Origin: Gemmatimonadota bacterium
Lineage (GTDB): Bacteria; Gemmatimonadota; Gemmatimonadetes; Gemmatimonadales; GWC2-71-9
Reading direction: 5' to 3'
Assembly: GCA_036679645.1 (NCBI GenBank)
Contig: JAZDCY010000056.1
Coordinates: forward strand, 32,001-96,000
DNA: 64,000 bases
Position 1 is the stretch's first letter. Every line of letters begins with the position of its first letter. The notes under the pieces were generated by a model. That model did not search any database. It saw only the letters and a program-made list of their open reading frames with translations, and had not been told where the DNA came from. Below are positions 47,788-58,037 of this stretch, one piece after another. A program made the translations under genes and the position numbers.

Positions 47788-48969
47788 TTAGCCGGTGGCA
47801 GGAACCGCAATACCCGCGCCAGCCAGGCGGCGCGGCAGACGGCGCCAGGCCCGCCGTGGCGTCGCGATGGGCAGGATACCTATCTCCGGATAAGCGGCGA
47901 CGAACGTAGCCACGATCGTCTGGTCGAACTGGGCCCCGCTGTTGGCGCTGAGTTCTCTCAGTGCGGTATCTGGGCTCATGCTCGGACGGTACGACCGAAC
48001 GGTCGTCATCGCATCAAAGGCATCGACAACCGACACCAGCCTCGCGTTGAGGGGAATCTCCTCACCCTTCAGCCCGTCGGGCAGGCCGCGGCCGTCCATC
48101 CGCTCGTGGTGAGACCTGACCGTGCCGAGGACAGCCGGCACGTCCCGCAGAAGCGGAGCCATGATACGCGCCCCGATCACCGTGTGTTGCATGATGTAGC
48201 GGTATTCCTCCTCGCTGAGGGCGCCCTGTTTGTTCAGGATGGCCTCCGACACGCCGATCTTGCCCACGTCGTGCAGTTCCGCGCCCAGCTCCACGAGCTG
48301 CACCTCGTCTTCCTCGAAACCAAGCCGGCGGGCCACGGCCCCGGCGTATGCGGCGACCCGCGTCGAGTGGCCCTGCGTGTACTGGTCCTTGGCCTCGAGC
48401 GCGTGTACGATGCTCTGAATGCCCTCGAGGAATAGCTCCTCAATGCGCAACCCCTGCTGCTGCACGAGTTCTGTGAGGCGGCGCTGATAACGCTGGTTTT
48501 CTAGCACCAGCCGCCGTTTCTCGGCCGCCTGAAGGACGCGGGCGTGAACCTCCTCGAGCTGAAACGGTTTGGCGATATAGTCATAGGCCCCTCGCCGCAG
48601 GCACCCGACAGCTGTCTCGACGTCGGACACGCCGGTTATCATGATCACGGCTACGTCCGGGTAGACTCGCCGCACCCGCTCGAGTAGCTCGATGCCGTTC
48701 ATTTCCGGCATCCGGACATCCGAGAGCACGACGTCGATGTCGGTGGAATCGAGGATCCCCAACGCCTGCCTCCCGGAAGAGGCTGCGATGCAGTCGTGCC
48801 CGAGTGCGCGGAGCGAGCCGAGAAGCGCGGATCGCAGCGTGGGATGGTCGTCGACGACCAGGCACTTGATCCCGGTCGCCGCCGCGCACGGGTGGGTCGG
48901 AGGTCGCGCCTTCTCAGACGCTCGCTTGCCGGTGGAAGAGCGCTCGATGTAGCTTCTCCCGTCACTCAC
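47788..48969 (-). CDS. Response regulator with HD-GYP output domain
   Basis: REC (LVVDD, SDVRMP, ITG, AKPF) plus HD-GYP (GHSTRV, LHDVGKIG, HHERMDGRGLPDGL). GTG 48969 follows AGGAGG. Confidence 0.9.
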   Translation of the reverse strand: MSDGRSYIERSSTGKRASEKARPPTHPCAAATGIKCLVVDDHPTLRSALLGSLRALGHDCIAASSGRQALGILDSTDIDVVLSDVRMPEMNGIELLERVRRVYPDVAVIMITGVSDVETAVGCLRRGAYDYIAKPFQLEEVHARVLQAAEKRRLVLENQRYQRRLTELVQQQGLRIEELFLEGIQSIVHALEAKDQYTQGHSTRVAAYAGAVARRLGFEEDEVQLVELGAELHDVGKIGVSEAILNKQGALSEEEYRYIMQHTVIGARIMAPLLRDVPAVLGTVRSHHERMDGRGLPDGLKGEEIPLNARLVSVVDAFDAMTTVRSYRPSMSPDTALRELSANSGAQFDQTIVATFVAAYPEIGILPIATPRRAWRRLPRRLAGAGIAVPATG

Positions 48970-48987
48970 GCTTCGGCGACCTCCTAG

Positions 48988-50163
48988 ATGGCACGCGTAT
49001 ACGACGAGGATCTCCAGTTCGGCTTCAGCACGCGCAGCGTGCATGCCGGTCAGCGACCCGATGCGGTCTCGGGGGCAATCATGCCGCCCATCTATCAGAC
49101 CTCGACCTACGTCCAGGATGGTCTGGGGCGACACAAGGGATTCGAGTACGCGCGTACCCGAAACCCGACCCGGGATGTGCTGGAACGCAACATCGCGGCG
49201 TTGGAAGGTGGGCAATACGGTCTCGCCTGGTCTTCCGGTCTCGCCGCGACCGACGCGGTCCTGAAGCTATTATCGGCCGGGGACCACACTATCTGTGGCG
49301 AGAACGTCTACGGTGGCACGCACCGGCTCATGGAGCAGGTTTTTCGGCCGCTCGGACTCACCTTCTCATTTGTAGACACGAGGGACGTCGAGCACGTTGA
49401 GGCCGCCATCGGGTCCACCACCCGGATGGTATTCATAGAGACCCCGACCAACCCGATGATGCGGCTCGCCGACCTGTCGGCCATCGGCGAGTTGACCCGC
49501 GCGAAGGGTCTCATGTTCGTGGTGGACAACACGTTTGCCACCCCGTACCTGCAGCGCCCGCTCGAGTTTGGGGCCGACCTGGTGCTGCACTCCACGACCA
49601 AGTATCTGAACGGTCACAGCGACATGGTCGGTGGAGTGATAGTCACGTCGGACGCCGACCTGGCCGACCGGCTCGCCTTTCTCCAGAACGCGGCCGGGGC
49701 GATCCCGGGCCCGATGGACTGCTGGCTGGCACTGCGCGGCACCAAGACGCTGGCGCTGCGGATGCGCCAGCACGACAGCTCGGGGCGCCAGATCGCGGCC
49801 TGGCTGGACGCGCACCCGAAGGTGGAAACGGTCTACTACCCAGGACTCGAGAGCCATCCCCAGTACGAGCTCGCCTGCCGTCAGATGCGGGGGTTCGGCG
49901 GGATGGTATCGCTGGAACTCGGTTCGCTGGAACGGGCACGTGCCTTTGCCGAAGGCACGAAGATCTTCTCCCTGGCCGAGTCCCTGGGGGGAGTGGAGAG
50001 CCTCATTGGCCATCCTGCCAGCATGACACATGCGTCCGTGCCGAAAGAGATGCGGGAGGCCATGGGACTCACTGACGGGCTCGTCCGACTCTCGGTGGGC
50101 ATCGAAGAGCTGGACGATCTGCTGGCCGATCTGGAACAGACGATCAGTGGGATGGATGGTTGA
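48988..50163 (+). CDS. Cystathionine gamma-synthase/lyase (Cys/Met metabolism PLP enzyme)
   Basis: PIYQTSTY, YARTRNPT, ETPTNP, VDNTFATP, HSTTKYLNGHSD, AESLGGVESL. Confidence 0.93.
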   Translation: MARVYDEDLQFGFSTRSVHAGQRPDAVSGAIMPPIYQTSTYVQDGLGRHKGFEYARTRNPTRDVLERNIAALEGGQYGLAWSSGLAATDAVLKLLSAGDHTICGENVYGGTHRLMEQVFRPLGLTFSFVDTRDVEHVEAAIGSTTRMVFIETPTNPMMRLADLSAIGELTRAKGLMFVVDNTFATPYLQRPLEFGADLVLHSTTKYLNGHSDMVGGVIVTSDADLADRLAFLQNAAGAIPGPMDCWLALRGTKTLALRMRQHDSSGRQIAAWLDAHPKVETVYYPGLESHPQYELACRQMRGFGGMVSLELGSLERARAFAEGTKIFSLAESLGGVESLIGHPASMTHASVPKEMREAMGLTDGLVRLSVGIEELDDLLADLEQTISGMDG

Positions 50164-50270
50164 CCGATGAACCCTGCCAAATTCCGTCTCGCTGAAACCG
50201 GCCTTTCAGCTTTGCGTATGGTTTTGCAGGAAGCAGCAGAACCTCAACACCACGGTTTCCGGAGGCACTC

Positions 50271-51281
50271 ATGAGCGAAGCCACAGGTACTCCCACGGCC
50301 CGGCCGCGGGTAGTCCTGAAGGAGATCGCGCCAGACGCTTGGGAGCACTCGGCGGACCGCGCTGCGCTGAATGCGCTGCGCAAGGTTCCCGGGTTCGACG
50401 AGGCGGTCAAGCGCGTCTTTGGCTTTTTTGGCGAGCGCGGCATCCGCCTCATGTTCCAGGCGAACGCCGTCCGCGTTGGTCCCAAGCAGTTCCTCAAACT
50501 GCACCAGCTTCTGACCGAGGCGTGCGTGACCATGGACTGGGACGACCCGCCAGAGCTGTACGTCACCCAGACCCCCATGGTGAACGCCGGTGCGGTCGGG
50601 TTCGAGCATCCCTTCATTGTGATCAACTCGGGCGCGGTGAGCTTGCTCAACGACGACGAGATGCGCGTGCTGATCGGGCACGAGCTCGGGCACGTGATGA
50701 GCGGTCACGCGTTGTATCGGACGATCACGATCCTGATCCTGATGCTCGGGTTCCAGAACTTGCCCTTCCTGGCCGGTATCGCACTGATGCCCATCAAGCT
50801 GGCCCTGCTCGAGTGGTATCGGAAAAGCGAGCTATCGGCCGATCGCGCCGGCTTGCTCGCGAGCCAGGACCCTGACTCCTCGAAACGGCTGTTCCTCAAG
50901 TTCGCCGGTGGCGGTGACATGGAGCAGATGAACCTCGAGGCCTTCATGGAGCAGGCCCAGGAGTACGAAGAGAGTGGTGGCCCCCTCGATGCCATCTACA
51001 AGATCCTCAACACCATGGGGATGACCCATCCGTTCAGCACGCTGCGCGCTGCTGAGGTGCAGCGGTGGATCGAGTCGGGAACGTACGAGGAGATCCTGGG
51101 CGGGACCTACGAGCGTCGCGGGGCTGAGCAACAACAGGCGCACTCGTACGCGGGCGACCTGAAGGATGCCGCCACCCACTACGGGCAGGAAGTGAAGGAC
51201 GTGGCGTCATCAGTCACCGACGCCGCCAAGCGGGCGGCCGAAGCATTCACCTCGGCCTTCAAGGACTCCCGCAAGGAGTGA
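50271..51281 (+). CDS. M48 family zinc metallopeptidase
   Basis: GHELGH, ELSADRAG, THP. Confidence 0.9.
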   Translation: MSEATGTPTARPRVVLKEIAPDAWEHSADRAALNALRKVPGFDEAVKRVFGFFGERGIRLMFQANAVRVGPKQFLKLHQLLTEACVTMDWDDPPELYVTQTPMVNAGAVGFEHPFIVINSGAVSLLNDDEMRVLIGHELGHVMSGHALYRTITILILMLGFQNLPFLAGIALMPIKLALLEWYRKSELSADRAGLLASQDPDSSKRLFLKFAGGGDMEQMNLEAFMEQAQEYEESGGPLDAIYKILNTMGMTHPFSTLRAAEVQRWIESGTYEEILGGTYERRGAEQQQAHSYAGDLKDAATHYGQEVKDVASSVTDAAKRAAEAFTSAFKDSRKE

Positions 51282-52549
51282 GGGTCCTAGTTGTCGGCGG
51301 GGGCGGCCGCGAGCACGCTCTCTGCTGGGCGCTGCGGTCCGGCGCTGAGATCTTCTGCGCTCCCGGCAACGCCGGTACCGACAACCACGCCACGAATCTG
51401 GCCGTAGACGTCTCCGATCACGATGCGGTGATCGAGACGATCGTTTCCCACCACATAGATCTCACTGTAGTGGGCCCCGAGGCGCCGCTGGCGGCGGGGC
51501 TCGCCGACCGTCTGGCGGCCGCCGGCCGGGCGGTGTTCGGGCCCTCGGCAGGAGCTGCGCAGATCGAGGCATCAAAAGCATTCGCCAAGAGGGTCATGAC
51601 GGACGCCGGCGTTCCAACGGCGGCCGCGGCGGTCTTTACGAACGCAGATAAGGCCATCGGATACATCAGAGGACATGATGAGCCCTTGGTCGTGAAGGCG
51701 TCCGGGCTCGCAGGTGGCAAGGGTGCCGTCGTCTGCCAGACGCGGGCGGAAGCCATCGCCGCCGCCACCGCCATGTTCGGTGGCCGCTTCGGGGACGCCG
51801 GAGCGGAGGTCGTCGTGGAAGATCTTCTCGTGGGCGAGGAACTGTCGGTCTTCGCGCTGACCGACGGCGAGCAGTGCTGTCTCCTCCCCGCGTCGCAGGA
51901 TCACAAGCGGATCGGCGAAGGTGACACGGGACCCAACACCGGCGGGATGGGGGCCTACGCGCCCGTGTCGATCGCGACCCCGGATCTCATGGCGCGGGTT
52001 GAGCGAGAGGTCATCCTCCCTACCTTACGGCAACTGAGCGAGCTGGGCACCCCGTATCGCGGCGTGCTGTACGCCGGCCTCATGATCTCGCCGGCCGGCG
52101 ACCTGTCCGTGATCGAGTTCAATTGCCGATTCGGCGATCCCGAGACGCAGGTAGTCCTGCCGGTCATCGAGGGCGACCTGCTGGATCAACTCTGGCGTAT
52201 CGGCGCAGGCGAGGACTGGACCCCGCCGAAGCTTCCCGCGGCACGAGCGGCAGTCACGACGGTCGTGGCCGCGGCCGGGTATCCGGACACACCTGAGAAG
52301 GGCGCCGTCATCAACATCCCGCGAATCACCCCGGACGACACTGTGCTCTTTCACGCTGGCACCGGTAAGGACGCGGACGGAACGCTGCGCGTCTCCGGCG
52401 GGCGGGTACTGTGTGCCACCGGGTTCGGACCGACCGTGGCGCAGGCGGCTGAAGCGAGTCGCACGCTCGCAGACGCGATCGAATTCGAGGGCGCGCAATA
52501 CCGGCGCGACATCGCCTGGCGAGAGGTCGCCCGTGCCGGAGTTGCCTGA
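51278..52549 (+). CDS. purD: Phosphoribosylamine--glycine ligase
   Basis: GGGGREHAL, VGPEAPL, QDHKR, GPNTGGMG, EFNCRFGDPE, GGRVL. Confidence 0.97.
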   Translation: MRVLVVGGGGREHALCWALRSGAEIFCAPGNAGTDNHATNLAVDVSDHDAVIETIVSHHIDLTVVGPEAPLAAGLADRLAAAGRAVFGPSAGAAQIEASKAFAKRVMTDAGVPTAAAAVFTNADKAIGYIRGHDEPLVVKASGLAGGKGAVVCQTRAEAIAAATAMFGGRFGDAGAEVVVEDLLVGEELSVFALTDGEQCCLLPASQDHKRIGEGDTGPNTGGMGAYAPVSIATPDLMARVEREVILPTLRQLSELGTPYRGVLYAGLMISPAGDLSVIEFNCRFGDPETQVVLPVIEGDLLDQLWRIGAGEDWTPPKLPAARAAVTTVVAAAGYPDTPEKGAVINIPRITPDDTVLFHAGTGKDADGTLRVSGGRVLCATGFGPTVAQAAEASRTLADAIEFEGAQYRRDIAWREVARAGVA

Positions 52550-53384
52550 AGTCGAGACCATCGTTCGCGACCTCGCCCCACGCATCACCGGCCGTACGCT
52601 CACCAACCCCAGGCTCCATCACACCAACGTGCTCCGCCGCGTGTCGCGCGCCCGCTTACTGCGTACGCTGCGACGAAATGTGATCGCCGGCATCTCACGC
52701 CGGGCGAAGCACATGGTGATACTGCTCGAGAGCGGGCACCGCGTGGTCATTCAGCCACGGATGACCGGCTCGCTGGTGGTCTACGAGCGGCGTCTGCGAG
52801 CGGCCGAGCGCCGTTACGCGGTGCTGCAGGCCGGCCTGGGGGCGGGCCGGTCTCTGGTCTTTAGCGACATACGCCGTCTCGGCACGATAGAACTCTTGGA
52901 TGAGAAGGGGTGGCAGTCCTATACTGCTGGCATTGGGCCCGAACCACTCGACGACGATTTCGACGTCGCTGCCTTTCGAGCGCGGATTCACGGGAGCCGT
53001 CAGGCGATCAAGAAAGTGCTCATGGACCAGCGAAAAATCGCCGGGGTGGGAAACATCTACGCCAACGAGGCGCTCTTCCGCGCCGGCATCGATCCTTCGC
53101 GACGCGCCGACCGTGTGGACCGCGCTGCGGCTACGCGCCTCCATGGGGCCGTGCGCGAGGTGCTGTCCGAAGCCCTCGCCGCCCGCGGAACCACGCTCCG
53201 CGACTACAGGACCGGCACCGGCGGCAAGGGGTCTTTCCAATTCGCCCTCCAGGTGTACGGCCGCGCCGGGGAGCCGTGCGTGCGTTGCGGCACCGCGCTG
53301 GCGGTTACGCACGAGATCGACGGTCGGCAGACGACCTTCTGCTGGCGCTGTCAGGGTGGTCGGAGTCCGACGGAGCGCACGTGA
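52533..53384 (+). CDS. mutM: Formamidopyrimidine-DNA glycosylase
   Basis: PELPEVET N-terminus, GVGNIYANE.LF, C-terminal CxxC..CxxCQ zinc finger. Confidence 0.96.
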   Translation: MPELPEVETIVRDLAPRITGRTLTNPRLHHTNVLRRVSRARLLRTLRRNVIAGISRRAKHMVILLESGHRVVIQPRMTGSLVVYERRLRAAERRYAVLQAGLGAGRSLVFSDIRRLGTIELLDEKGWQSYTAGIGPEPLDDDFDVAAFRARIHGSRQAIKKVLMDQRKIAGVGNIYANEALFRAGIDPSRRADRVDRAAATRLHGAVREVLSEALAARGTTLRDYRTGTGGKGSFQFALQVYGRAGEPCVRCGTALAVTHEIDGRQTTFCWRCQGGRSPTERT

Positions 53385-54400
53385 AGGTAGCCGTCGTGTT
53401 CGATACTCCCAGCGCGGGGTGGACGCACGACGATTTCATCAAGGAGGTAGTCGCCCAAGTCGAGGAACCCGAGTATGAGATCGCCGAAGCGTTGCTCGCT
53501 TACGAGTACGACGTCCGGCTGATCGGTGTTCACGACGATCTCCATGCGCTCGCGGAGCAACTCGCCGAGTACGATCCCGATCTCGTGTTCAACTGCGCGG
53601 AGGGATTCCACGAGCAACCCAACCTAGACTACGTTTTTCCCGCCATCTTCGAAGCCGAGGGATACCGGTACACCGGCGCCCCCCCGGCTGGGCTGTTGTT
53701 GACGCGGAACAAGGCGATGCACAAGAAGGTGCTCGCGTACCACGGCATCAGCGTGCCGGCGTTCAGGACATGGCGACTGACAGAGAACATCGATGGCCCA
53801 CCAGACGATCTGCGGTTCCCGTTGATCGTCAAGCCGCTCGGGGAAGACGCGTCCGCCGGTATCTCTCAGGCGTCGGTCGTGTCCACGCCTGACGCGCTGG
53901 CAGAGCGCGTCGCGTTCGTTCACGAGAAATTCTCGCAGCCCGCGATTGCCGAAGAGTTCGTCGAGGGACGTGAGTTGTACGTGAGCATGGTTGGCAACGG
54001 TGACGGGGTCCAGATCCTCCCCATCATCGAGATGGTCTTCGACAAGGAGTTGACGAAACCCGAGGAACGGATCGCCACGAGGAGCGCTAAGTGGAATGTG
54101 CCGTACCGTACGCGGAAGGGCATAAAGAACGTGTTTGCACGACCGCTCGCGCAGGTTACACAGCGGCGCATCGACGAAGTCTGTCGCACGGCGTTTCGTG
54201 CGCTGTGGCTCCACGACTACGCGCGATTCGACGTCCGCGTGAGTCCCGACAACGAGGTCTGGGTCATCGAGGCAAATGCGAATCCGTTCATCAGCTTCGG
54301 ACATGACATGGCCAACTCCGCGGAGAAAGCGGGTATGGACTACTACGCCTTCATCGACCGGATCGTCCGGGAAGCGATGAGCCGGTATGAAGCGGCGTAG
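53381..54400 (+). CDS. ATP-grasp ligase, D-Ala-D-Ala ligase-like family
   Basis: LVFNCAE, YTG, PLIVKP..EDASAGI, EEFVEGRE, YARFDVR, IEANANP. Confidence 0.85.
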   Translation: MKVAVVFDTPSAGWTHDDFIKEVVAQVEEPEYEIAEALLAYEYDVRLIGVHDDLHALAEQLAEYDPDLVFNCAEGFHEQPNLDYVFPAIFEAEGYRYTGAPPAGLLLTRNKAMHKKVLAYHGISVPAFRTWRLTENIDGPPDDLRFPLIVKPLGEDASAGISQASVVSTPDALAERVAFVHEKFSQPAIAEEFVEGRELYVSMVGNGDGVQILPIIEMVFDKELTKPEERIATRSAKWNVPYRTRKGIKNVFARPLAQVTQRRIDEVCRTAFRALWLHDYARFDVRVSPDNEVWVIEANANPFISFGHDMANSAEKAGMDYYAFIDRIVREAMSRYEAA

Positions 54401-55394
54401 GCGGCGGCGTGCGCCGTTCCCGCATCCCGAGCTGCGCTGCGAGTGCGGCGAGGAGCTGAAGCGCTACTGGCCCCACTGCCCCCGCTGTGCACGACGGCAA
54501 CTCTGGCGGGACGCGGGCGGCGTGACCGGCGCAGAGTGCTACAAGTGCGGCTGGGTCGTGTCCGACGCCGCATGGTTCTGCCCCTGGTGCGGCACAGACA
54601 TCTTCGAGGAAGGAGTGTCGGTCGAGCATCCGTTGAAGGCCCCGAAGGGCTTTCGCTTCTCGGCCCAGTGCGACTGGCGCTGCGGGGGCGGGGTCGAGCA
54701 CCCCATGTCGTACTGTCCCTGGTGTGGACGCGAACAGGAATGGAGTGATGAGGAATTCGATGGGGAGTGCCCGCACTGCGATCGCGGAGTCAACGACTGG
54801 ATGGACCACTGTCCCTGGTGCGGCCAGGACGCCACCGGACAAGTACTCATTCCCCGCGCCTTACGGAACGTGCGCCAGTTGCTGCGCGTGTCTGGCATCA
54901 AGAATTGGGGATATCGCGTGCTGCTGCGGCCGGGTATGTCCGGTGTCGACCCCAAGGCGCCCAAGATCATCGAGATCGAGCGTGCGTACGTTACCGGACA
55001 CCAACGACGCGATGAAATCGAGTGGTCCATGCTCGTCGGGCTCATCTGTCACGAGCTGGGCCACAGTTTTCTCTTCCACCACTGGCGCTGGGCGCGGTCA
55101 CCGGATTTCGTCAAGGCGTTCGGTGAGGTGGACAAGCGCTATCGTGTTCGCGACGAAGCGTGGGTAGACTTCCAGCGGCGGCGCGTCACGACCACGCGAC
55201 CCAACTTCGTCACGTCCTACGCCGCCAATCACCCGGAAGAAGACTTCGCCGAGACGTTCCGGTTCTACGTTACCCGACGCGGGAAGATGCGCGAGTTGCT
55301 CGCCGAGATGGGACAGAAACGGAAGGCTGTCGTAGTGTACGAGAAATTCCTCGCGCTCCATCACTACATCCGGTGGCTACGGGGCTGGCGATGA
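54387..55394 (+). CDS. Multi-zinc-ribbon protein with putative zinc metallopeptidase (Peptidase_Mx-like) domain
   Basis: Eight Cys pairs (e.g. CPRC, CYKC, CPWC x3, CPHC), HELGH and FVTSYAANHPEEDFAETF. Confidence 0.82.
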   Translation: MKRRRRRRAPFPHPELRCECGEELKRYWPHCPRCARRQLWRDAGGVTGAECYKCGWVVSDAAWFCPWCGTDIFEEGVSVEHPLKAPKGFRFSAQCDWRCGGGVEHPMSYCPWCGREQEWSDEEFDGECPHCDRGVNDWMDHCPWCGQDATGQVLIPRALRNVRQLLRVSGIKNWGYRVLLRPGMSGVDPKAPKIIEIERAYVTGHQRRDEIEWSMLVGLICHELGHSFLFHHWRWARSPDFVKAFGEVDKRYRVRDEAWVDFQRRRVTTTRPNFVTSYAANHPEEDFAETFRFYVTRRGKMRELLAEMGQKRKAVVVYEKFLALHHYIRWLRGWR

Positions 55395-56488
55395 GCGCAC
55401 CGGTGCTCCCGCTCGTTGATACCGGCCGCCTGAAGCGGCGGGTCGCGGCACTCGCAGAGAACCGGCCCGGCATCTACCGGATGCTCGATCCGACTGGACA
55501 GGTGATCTACGTCGGCAAGGCCAAGCGCGTTCGTGCGCGCCTGCTGTCGTATTTCAACGCAAGCTATCCCGAGGACAAGGCCGCCCGTATCCTGTTCGCC
55601 ACAGATGACATCCAGTGGAACTACACCGCGTCGGAGTTCGCGGCCCTCCTTGGCGAGTTGCGGCAGATCCAACGCCATCGTCCTCGTTTCAACGTGCGCA
55701 TGAACCGCCCGCGCCGGGTTGCATTTGTCAAGATTTCGGGCACCCCGGCGCCGAAACTGTTCGTTGGGAACGCGCCCACATCACCGGACGTGCGCCACTA
55801 CGGGCCGTTCATGTCGGCGAGCCGTCTCAAAGACGCTATTCGCGAGCTGAACCTGCAACTCGGACTGCGAGACTGCGCCCTGAACATGCCGATCACGTAT
55901 TCCGAGCAGGGAGACCTCTTCACGTCGGACCACCCGGCAGGCTGCCTGCGGTATGAGCTGGGGAGCTGTACGGGACCATGCGGCGGTTTCGTGAGCGAGC
56001 CGGACTACATGCAGCGTGTCGAGACCGCGCTCGCGTTTCTCGAGGGCCGCGCGATCTCGCCCATCGACGCGATCGTGCAGCAGATGAACCGAGCGAGCCG
56101 AAAGAAGGACTACGAGCTGGCAGCGCGTTGGCGTGACCGGTTCGAGGCTTTGGAGTGGCTGTTTGCCGAGGGCAACCGCGTGCGCGCAGCGATCGACGGA
56201 TTGAGCTTCGTGTACACCGACACGGGCACGTATGGCGACGATCGGGTCTACGTTATCAAACGAGCGACCGTACGAGCCAGCGCACCGGCACCCCACACGC
56301 CGATCGAGACCGCAGCCTTTCGCGCGCTAGTGGCAGCGCACACAGGCTCGGAGACCGGTGCTGGACCGCTCCCCCCCAACGCAATCGACGAGGTCGTGCT
56401 CTTGTTGAGTTGGTTCCGGCGCCATCCCTCGGCTCTGCGCCACACGGTACCGCTGGAGGCGTGGCTCGATCAGCACGCCGAGGCGTGA
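55391..56488 (+). CDS. UvrC N-terminal-like (Cho-like) GIY-YIG endonuclease with UVR domain
   Basis: PGIYRM..VIYVGKAK, P.FN, YGPF, Cys cluster C..PC, M..AS...DYELAARWRD; lacks the UvrC C-terminal half. Confidence 0.85.
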   Translation: MSAPVLPLVDTGRLKRRVAALAENRPGIYRMLDPTGQVIYVGKAKRVRARLLSYFNASYPEDKAARILFATDDIQWNYTASEFAALLGELRQIQRHRPRFNVRMNRPRRVAFVKISGTPAPKLFVGNAPTSPDVRHYGPFMSASRLKDAIRELNLQLGLRDCALNMPITYSEQGDLFTSDHPAGCLRYELGSCTGPCGGFVSEPDYMQRVETALAFLEGRAISPIDAIVQQMNRASRKKDYELAARWRDRFEALEWLFAEGNRVRAAIDGLSFVYTDTGTYGDDRVYVIKRATVRASAPAPHTPIETAAFRALVAAHTGSETGAGPLPPNAIDEVVLLLSWFRRHPSALRHTVPLEAWLDQHAEA

Positions 56489-56498
56489 GACACGTGCC

Positions 56499-57476
56499 AT
56501 GCTGATCTCGTCCCTGCTCGCGATCGCCGGATTGGCGCTGCTCGTGGGTGGAGGACACTATCTCGTCGAGGGAGCAACGCGGCTGTCGCTGCGTGCGCGA
56601 ATCTCGCCGACCGTGATCGGCCTGACGGTCGTGGCACTCGGGACGAGCATGCCCGAATTGGCTGTGAGCCTCGAGGCGGCGATCCGCGGCAATACCGACA
56701 TCTCGTACGCCAACGTCGTCGGGTCCAACATCTTCAACGTCGCCGCCGTACTCGGGATCGCCGCACTGATCGCGCCGATACCCGTCCAGGGACGGATGCT
56801 CAAGATCGAGTATCCGTTCATGATCGCGGTCCTGATTCTTTGTCTTGTGATGGCAGGCAACGACACGGTGAGCCACCTCGATGGTGCCATCTTCGTCTTG
56901 GTGCTCGGCGCATCGCTCATCGCCCTGATTCGCTGGTCGCGATCGCAACCCCCCGATGAAGAGACCATCGAACTGGAGCGGGAGTACGCCGCGCACGTCG
57001 GCCTGACGGATCGGCGCGCGGTCGCCCGAGCATGGCTCGTCAACATAGTCATGATCGCGGCCGGGATCGCTCTGCTGGCCGGCGGTGCTGCGCTCCTGAT
57101 TCGGGGTGCGATCGATATTGCGACACGCTTTCACGTCACACATCGGGTCATCGGGCTCACCCTGGTGGCCGGTGGTACGAGCCTTCCCGAACTCGCCGCC
57201 AGCGTCACCGCGGCGGTTAAGGGACGCCCCGGCCTCGCACTTGGCAACATCGTGGGTTCCAACATCTTCAACGTGCTGTCGATATTGGGCATCACGTCAC
57301 TGATCCGCGAGATTCCGGTAAACCCGACCGCCGTATCACTCGACAACTGGGTGATGGTTGGCCTCGCGCTGCTGCTGTTCGTGTTCCTTGCCGTGGGCAA
57401 ACGACTTACGCGTATCGAGGGAGGCGTAATGTTGGCGCTGTTCGTGGCGTATATGACCCGGGTCGTTGCGACGTAG
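56499..57476 (+). CDS. Calcium/sodium antiporter (CaCA, YrbG-like)
   Basis: Two alpha repeats GTSMPEL/GTSLPEL and NVVGSNIFN/NIVGSNIFN. Confidence 0.93.
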   Translation: MLISSLLAIAGLALLVGGGHYLVEGATRLSLRARISPTVIGLTVVALGTSMPELAVSLEAAIRGNTDISYANVVGSNIFNVAAVLGIAALIAPIPVQGRMLKIEYPFMIAVLILCLVMAGNDTVSHLDGAIFVLVLGASLIALIRWSRSQPPDEETIELEREYAAHVGLTDRRAVARAWLVNIVMIAAGIALLAGGAALLIRGAIDIATRFHVTHRVIGLTLVAGGTSLPELAASVTAAVKGRPGLALGNIVGSNIFNVLSILGITSLIREIPVNPTAVSLDNWVMVGLALLLFVFLAVGKRLTRIEGGVMLALFVAYMTRVVAT

Positions 57477-57551
57477 TCGGGTGACGGTTGCCCTAACATT
57501 CTCCGCGACCAATCCGTAGTACTATCATCACGACTCTTCCGAGGGACCTTC

Positions 57552-57986
57552 ATGTTGAGAACCGTCTTGTCTACCGCTGCGGGCCTGGGGCTCGCGCTCA
57601 CGCTCGCACAGCCTACAGTGGCACAGGAGGATGAGAGCCAGGGCCACTCGCACCCAGTCATCGGGCAGTGGGAGCTGTCGTTCGAGACCCCGCGCGGATC
57701 ACAGACCATGACCCTCACGTTCGAGCTGGACGGAGAGACGCTCAAGGGAACGGCCGAGACGCGACGTGGCACCGTGGAGTTGCGGGACGTGCGCTATGAA
57801 GGCAACGAACTCGGATTCTCCGTCCCGTTCGGGGGCAGGGGAGGCAGAGGTGGGGGCCGGGGCGGGGGCCAGGGATTCGCTCTCCAGTTCGTGGGCACGA
57901 TCGATGGTGACATGATGGAAGGGAAGCTCCGCATGCCACGCGGTAACAACGAAGCACCGTGGACCGCCACACGGGTGGCCACCTGA
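57552..57986 (+). CDS. Secreted hypothetical beta-barrel protein with Gly/Arg-rich insert
   Basis: Signal peptide, IGQWELSFETPRG, GGRGGRGGGRGGG. Confidence 0.75.
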   Translation: MLRTVLSTAAGLGLALTLAQPTVAQEDESQGHSHPVIGQWELSFETPRGSQTMTLTFELDGETLKGTAETRRGTVELRDVRYEGNELGFSVPFGGRGGRGGGRGGGQGFALQFVGTIDGDMMEGKLRMPRGNNEAPWTATRVAT

Positions 57987-58037
57987 TCATCACGGGCTCA
58001 CCAACGAGGCCGTTCTCCCCCGACAACGGATTCCATT

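Noticed and set aside
53381..54400. Calling this gene ddl
   Set aside because: Lacks the canonical Ddl N-terminal and omega-loop motifs and is not in a cell-wall gene cluster.
55391..56488. Calling this gene uvrC
   Set aside because: Too short; the RNase H-like and HhH C-terminal domains are absent.
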